Part shown: positions 16,043 through 20,000 of the stretch, in pieces
How positions within the stretch are numbered: the stretch's first letter is position 1
Layout of the letters: the number at the start of each line of letters is the position of its first letter
Virus record (IMG/VR): IMGVR_UViG_3300007734_000750
DNA from: an uncultured virus (IMG/VR IMGVR_UViG_3300007734_000750)
Taxonomy: Duplodnaviria > Heunggongvirae > Uroviricota > Caudoviricetes
Reading direction: 5' to 3' (one strand)
Length of the DNA: 20,000 nt
Made by a program: the position numbers and the translations under genes
Notes under the pieces: generated by a model
Told to the model about the DNA's origin: nothing
Database searches by the model: none
What the model saw: only the letters and a program-made list of their open reading frames with translations

Positions 16043-16071
16043 AAAACCCCTCCGAAGAGGGGTTATTTGTT
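16041..16071. terminator. Bidirectional terminator
   Basis: AACCCCTC-CGAA-GAGGGGTT flanked by A and T tracts. Confidence 0.85.
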
Positions 16072-16236
16072 TTACTTCACTTCAGTAGTATCTACTTGAG
16101 TGGTATCAACTGATGTAGAATCTACAGATGTTGAATCAGCAACAACTTCAGTTGCTTCGTCTTGTTTTACTTCGTTTTTACAAGATGTTAAAGATAACGT
16201 TGCAATTACTGCAAGGGCTAAAAATACTTTTTTCAT
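16072..16236 (-). CDS. 54-aa lipoprotein (MKKVFLALAVIATLSLTSC-KNEVKQDE...)
   Basis: Manually translated; SPII signal with lipobox LTSC; D-S/T-T repeats. Confidence 0.8.
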   Translation of the reverse strand: MKKVFLALAVIATLSLTSCKNEVKQDEATEVVADSTSVDSTSVDTTQVDTTEVK

Positions 16237-16368
16237 AATAATTTGTTTTTAATGTTAATTTTAAGTTCGTTAAAATTATAGTTTATTACTTTCATCATAT
16301 CAAGTTCTATGCCAAAAAAATTTACGGAATCGTTGTAGTAAAAAAAATAAAAAAATTTTTAAAAAAAG

Positions 16369-16399
16369 TTTGGCAGTTTGAATTTAAGGCTTATCTTTG
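16369..16399 (+). promoter_or_regulatory. Bacteroidota-type promoter
   Basis: TTTG 16369, 19-nt spacer, TATCTTTG 16392-16399. Confidence 0.75.
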
Positions 16400-16422
16400 T
16401 ATCGGATTTAAAACTAATCATT

Positions 16423-16677
16423 ATGGCTAAAGAGAAATTGTATAGAAGTGTTAAAGGTGAATACCTATATTTGTTTAATTGGATTGGTGGTGGATTTAAT
16501 GATGTGTGGGCACCAAGTAAAAGAGAGGCGTATGCTCGTGTTATGAGAGAACAGAAAGAACACGAGAAAAAATACCCAACTCACTCTAAGTTGAGACCGG
16601 ATTATAAGACAATGAGAAAATGTACTTATTCTCAGTATCAAGAACAGAACCGAATGGGTTGGATGATGAGTATGTAA
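16423..16677 (+). CDS. Hypothetical protein, 84 aa (MAKEKLYRS...)
   Basis: Start reassigned to ATG downstream of promoter. Confidence 0.75.
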   Translation: MAKEKLYRSVKGEYLYLFNWIGGGFNDVWAPSKREAYARVMREQKEHEKKYPTHSKLRPDYKTMRKCTYSQYQEQNRMGWMMSM

Positions 16678-16832
16678 AAACTACTTGAGTAAGTGGGAGT
16701 GGTCAATCAACAACCCAAAGAAGTTTCAGGTAAAACTATATTTAAAAGAGGACGGCCGAGCCTATAATAGAGTAAGTAGGAAGTTAGTGTTTTTTAAGAA
16801 GATTGAGTCAGTTTTTAACATTAGCGAAACAT

Positions 16833-16934
16833 AGTCAGGAGACCATTGGTTGGTATCACCTCCCCAAGGTTGAGTAGCGGTAAGGCCGACTCTTTATGGC
16901 AAAGACGGAACAGGTTCGAATCCTGTCCTGACTA
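16833..16934 (+). ncRNA. tRNA-like RNA with multiple hairpins in place of anticodon arm
   Basis: Acceptor AGTCAGG/CCTGACT, T-arm ACAGG-TTCGAAT-CCTGT; internal ACCA/TGGT, ACCT/AGGT, GAGT/ACTC stems. Confidence 0.65.
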
Positions 16935-16948
16935 CTAAATTAAATTAT

Positions 16949-17086
16949 ATGGCAACATTAGAAACACAATACAAGAATTATATGAGAATTCACCCGGAAT
17001 CAAAATTTACGTTTGATGAATGGAAAGAGGCGTGGGGTAAAGAACTTAAAGAAGCATTAACAGAACTTGAAAAAAAACAAAAATAA
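16949..17086 (+). CDS. Hypothetical protein, 45 aa (MATLETQYKNY...)
   Basis: Manually translated ORF. Confidence 0.65.
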   Translation: MATLETQYKNYMRIHPESKFTFDEWKEAWGKELKEALTELEKKQK

Positions 17087-17088
17087 TT

Positions 17089-17247
17089 ATGGAAACAGTT
17101 ATATTACAATTTGGATTGATGGTATTAAACCTATTCTCCGCAAAAACACAAAAAGAAAATGGTAAAAATCCTGCATTCAGTTATTTTGTATCCGGAATGT
17201 GTTTTAGTTTTGGTTTAATAAAATTAATAGAATTATTTTTAAAATAA
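17089..17247 (+). CDS. Small membrane protein, 52 aa (METVILQFGL...)
   Basis: Manually translated; two hydrophobic segments. Confidence 0.6.
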   Translation: METVILQFGLMVLNLFSAKTQKENGKNPAFSYFVSGMCFSFGLIKLIELFLK

Positions 17248-17308
17248 TTTGACAGATTAAAATAAAAGTATTATCTTTGTAGAAGAAATAAAGTTCTTAA
17301 AATTATTG
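17248..17308 (+). promoter_or_regulatory. Bacteroidota-type promoter plus boxA-like element
   Basis: TTTG 17248, TATCTTTG 17272-17279, GTTCTTAAAATTATTG 17293-17308. Confidence 0.7.
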
Positions 17309-17316
17309 AAAAAATA

Positions 17317-17391
17317 GGTGGACGTTGTGTCGAGGATTCAAATCCCTCCGGTCTTAACCCCGTAGCTCAGATGGTAGAGCATACGTCCACT
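17317..17391 (+). ncRNA. Circularly permuted tRNA-like RNA 1
   Basis: Terminal stem GGTGGACGT/ACGTCCACT; order GTC, T-arm (GAGGA-TTCAAAT-CCCTC), looped acceptor, D-arm (TA-GCTC-AGATGGTA-GAGC). Confidence 0.8.
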
Positions 17392-17401
17392 AACTTATAA
17401 T

Positions 17402-17492
17402 GACACTGTAGCTCAGTGGGAGATTTATTTCCCTTGGTAGAGCAGGAGTAACGAAAGACTCTGTGCCATAGGTTCGAAGCCTGTCGGTGTCA
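17402..17492 (+). ncRNA. Deviant tRNA-like RNA (D-loop hairpin insert, 8-nt anticodon loop)
   Basis: Acceptor GACACTG/CGGTGTC, D-stem GCTC/GAGC with GGGAGA..TTTCCC insert, GGAGT-AACGAAAG-ACTCT, T-arm ATAGG-TTCGAAG-CCTGT. Confidence 0.75.
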
Positions 17493-17496
17493 CAAA

Positions 17497-17585
17497 ATGT
17501 GTAGTGTAATGTCGTTGGTTCGATTCCAACAACCGTAATCGTGATGACCAAGGTTTAGCTATAATGGTAGAGCGTACACACACAT
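17497..17585 (+). ncRNA. Circularly permuted tRNA-like RNA 2
   Basis: Terminal stem ATGTGT-A-GTGTA/TACAC-ACACAT; GTC, T-arm GTTGG-TTCGATT-CCAAC, AACC..GGTT looped acceptor, D-arm TA-GCTA-TAATGGTA-GAGC. Confidence 0.8.
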
Positions 17586-17592
17586 AATTTAT

Positions 17593-17822
17593 TCTGTGAT
17601 AAGATAGCAGATAGACCTATTACAGCAGAACCCCATAGGGAGTCAGAAATGACGAGCAATATGGAGCCCCTATCAGATTACAGTTGAGGAGGTACTCAAA
17701 GATAACCGTGAGGTTAACAAGAAATAAACGATGGTTTGGGTAGAACAGATGTTAAAGGCGAGTTTTAGGTAGTACAGAATGGGTGACCTACGAATGAGTA
17801 AATCTTAAGGTCTTATCACAGA
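17593..17822 (+). ncRNA. Candidate 230-nt structured RNA
   Basis: 12-bp closing stem TCTGTGATAAGA/TCTTATCACAGA; GTCA-GAAA-TGAC, TAACC-GTGA-GGTTA, TTGAG/CTCAA, TAGGT/ACCTA. Confidence 0.7.
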
Positions 17823-17857
17823 TTAAAAAAAAAATAAAAAAAAACTTTACAAAAGTG

Positions 17858-17930
17858 TTTGACAAATGAAAAAAATCACTTACCTTTGTAAAACAAATGA
17901 GGAAAACCTCAAGACGTTCTTAGAAATTTT
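17858..17930 (+). promoter_or_regulatory. Bacteroidota-type promoter plus boxA-like element
   Basis: TTTG 17858, 19-nt spacer, TACCTTTG 17881-17888, GTTCTTAGAAA from 17916. Confidence 0.7.
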
Positions 17931-17931
17931 A

Positions 17932-18772
17932 GATTATCCTTTACCCACTTCGGTGGAGTAAAAAACGATAATTGGCTGTGTATAGTCATCAAATAAACTC
18001 AGAAATGAGGATTAAAGTGGAACCATCAGTGTTATTGGTTCTGCGGCTTCTGAAAGGGAGCTCGAGTACACAAGTGGGATATCAGTGAGCCTGTAGTACC
18101 GAGGATAACTTCGTAGGGAAATGGAAAACTGAATGGGCAATGTGGATTGTCTGTTTGAGGTGGGAACACCAAAAAAAATAACCCATAGGGATTATGTGAG
18201 AAGTAAAGTTATCCGACTTTATAATTGCGGGTTCCAACTTAATAGGTATCTTAAAATCGAAAGGTAAGATGAGTAACAGGTGGTGCTGTCATCATCCTTA
18301 TCAATCACCCACCAAGGTGATGGTATGAAGATGTCTTGAAAAGTGGAGATAGGGATATCTCATCGAGAAGTTTAGTATTTTGTCTCTCAAAAGGAGACGA
18401 AGCTTATGGTAGACTACTTCTTGAACACATCCACAACACAATTACTATTTTCAATATGGTGAAAAACTAAAAGAAACATAGCAAAAATGTCTACCCGATG
18501 TCATTGACAAGTTGCCTACTTAGTTATGGGATGTCCATAGCACACAAAGACCGCAAGTTAATGTGTATTCTTACCAAAAACCTCTACGGAGTCGAATCCG
18601 GAGTCAGGTCGCAAGCTTGAAGAGAGTTGAATAATGAGAGAGTAAATGATATCGTAAGGAGTGATTAGTCTAACTAATCGGCAATGAGGATTACATCCCA
18701 AAAGGGTGTGGAAAAGAAGTCAAACAATAAAACTTCTAAAGATTCTCAATAAGACGAGTATTCTCATCGTAT
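17932..18772 (+). ncRNA. Large (about 840 nt) ornate RNA, GOLLD-like
   Basis: No ORF of 60 aa or more; dedicated promoter and terminator; many GNRA/UUCG hairpins; size and tRNA-rich phage context fit GOLLD. Confidence 0.65.
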
Positions 18773-18778
18773 TAAGCC

Positions 18779-18812
18779 AAAAAGGTGTTACAGTAATGTG
18801 ACACCTTTTTTT
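18779..18812. terminator. Bidirectional terminator
   Basis: AAAAAGGTGTTACA-GTAA-TGTGACACCTTTTT. Confidence 0.88.
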
Positions 18813-18814
18813 GT

Positions 18815-19444
18815 TTATAATATTTTATCACCTTTACTTAAATTATCAAATGCCCATAGTGGTTGTAAATTTGTGTAATGACATAACTGATAAATTTCTT
18901 CATCAGTTTTTGCCGAAGATAAAGGAATTTTATGGTCAATATGAATATGTTGACCTAATAATTCCCAAGACATACCTTCAGTAAATTGATTCTCAATGTG
19001 AATCTTAAGAAATTCCGGTGAACAACCCACAATATTTATAGTGTTATTTCTTTTGGTTATTTTTCTAATTCGTAAAAATTCATTCAGACGACATCTTACT
19101 AGTGTTATTAAATGATATTGTGAATCATTTTTTCGTTTATTTTTCATATAATTATTAATATATTCCTTATTGTTCTGTCTCCACTTACGATTGTTATTTT
19201 CAATTTTTTCTTTGTTATTTTCTTTATATTTTTTAATTATTGTTTTATGTATTTCAGGATTATTTATCTTAAATTGTTTGTTATAAACAGGATATTTATT
19301 TGGATTTTGAGTTCTCCAAACTTTGTGGTAAAACTTAATACAACTTTTACATTCACTTCGCAGACCATCATTAGAATCTTTCCGTTTTTGAAACTCACAA
19401 AGTTCTTTTTCTTCTTTACATTTACTACAAACTTTTTTTTCCAT
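18815..19444 (-). CDS. HNH-type endonuclease with N-terminal Zn motif (copy 2)
   Basis: CSKC..CKSC; HIDHKIPLSSA..LCHYTNLQPLW..DNLSK; paralog of 7947-8576. Confidence 0.85.
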   Translation of the reverse strand: MEKKVCSKCKEEKELCEFQKRKDSNDGLRSECKSCIKFYHKVWRTQNPNKYPVYNKQFKINNPEIHKTIIKKYKENNKEKIENNNRKWRQNNKEYINNYMKNKRKNDSQYHLITLVRCRLNEFLRIRKITKRNNTINIVGCSPEFLKIHIENQFTEGMSWELLGQHIHIDHKIPLSSAKTDEEIYQLCHYTNLQPLWAFDNLSKGDKIL

Positions 19445-19577
19445 AATGTTCTTTTAATAGTGTTTCAATCAGACGAGATTTGTTAATCATCTCATCTTCC
19501 ATTTTTTTGTAAATAACCGGGTCAACACAGATTCCAAACTTTACTTTTTTATCTTCTTCTTTTTTTCTTGGGTTCAT
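19425..19577 (-). CDS. 50-aa ribbon-helix-helix-like protein (MNPRKKEEDKKVKFGICVD...)
   Basis: Manually translated; paralog of 8554-8709 with the same overlap onto the HNH start. Confidence 0.75.
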   Translation of the reverse strand: MNPRKKEEDKKVKFGICVDPVIYKKMEDEMINKSRLIETLLKEHYGKKSL

Positions 19578-19666
19578 AATATCTCTTTATTATAAATATC
19601 TCAAAAAGTATAAAAAGTCATAATTATTAGAAAAAAATTATTTATTTTTTTCATATATTTATTGGT

Positions 19667-20000
19667 ATGAAAATTATAATAACAGAAAGTAGATTAGAGA
19701 GACTTGCCATTAATTGGTTGAACGATAACTATGGTGATTTGAAATCATTTAAAACGGAAAAATATCCTTGTTGTATTTATTACTTAAAAAATAAAAAGGT
19801 GATTCTTGAATATAATAAAAAAGATAAGGATGTTTTTATTGATTATGAAATTTCGTCATTTTTAAAATATATGTTAAGTATGGATTCTTCGGAAATTCAA
19901 GAATTAACAAAGAAATGGTTAAAGGAACGTTACAACTTAAAAATAAGAACCATTTATAGCGGTGATATAGATGGGTTTAATGATAGTGAAATAGTTGAGG
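19667..20000 (+). CDS. Partial hypothetical protein (MKIIITESRL...), runs off window
   Basis: Open frame to window end; TATTTAT at 19656. Confidence 0.75.
   Translation, partial: MKIIITESRLERLAINWLNDNYGDLKSFKTEKYPCCIYYLKNKKVILEYNKKDKDVFIDYEISSFLKYMLSMDSSEIQELTKKWLKERYNLKIRTIYSGDIDGFNDSEIVE

Noticed and set aside
17349..17362. Loop TCTTAAC read as an ochre-suppressor anticodon (TTA)
   Set aside because: It caps the acceptor-equivalent stem of a permuted RNA; D- and T-arms are in the wrong order for decoding and U33 is absent
17932..19444. RNA-guided nuclease system (HEARO/OMEGA-like) formed by the large RNA and adjacent HNH
   Set aside because: HNH is convergent, separated by a terminator, shows no RuvC motifs, and its paralog at 7947 has no such RNA
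684..19486. Track ORFs 684-1106, 5530-5745, 7248-7511, 9755-10006, 14509-14718, 14775-14984, 15585-15767, 19247-19486
   Set aside because: Nested in or antisense to better-supported genes, with no motifs or start context
1..20000. Stop-codon reassignment
   Set aside because: Genes are intact in code 11, TAG and TGA end plausible ORFs, and no suppressor tRNA is present

Overview
AT-rich segment of a large dsDNA phage genome, probably infecting Bacteroidota (repeated TTTG-N19/20-TAnnTTTG promoters, a Bacteroidota-style lipoprotein). 1-5230: tRNA array of 13 tRNAs interleaved with HNH nucleases, a minimal nucleotidyltransferase, tRNA-like RNAs and stem-closed structured spacers of 95-200 nt. 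5370-11117: nucleic-acid repair cluster (cyclic-phosphate receiver domain, DenV-like glycosylase, metallophosphoesterase, P-loop kinase, Rnl1-like ligase). 11149-16236: virion, lysis and surface genes. 17250-18812: a non-coding RNA locus with two circularly permuted tRNA-like RNAs (T-arm before D-arm), a deviant tRNA-like RNA, a 230-nt stem-closed RNA and a roughly 840-nt GOLLD-like RNA. A small RHH-like gene plus HNH gene cassette occurs twice on the minus strand. All family and structure calls come from manual motif and base-pair reading; no searches were run.
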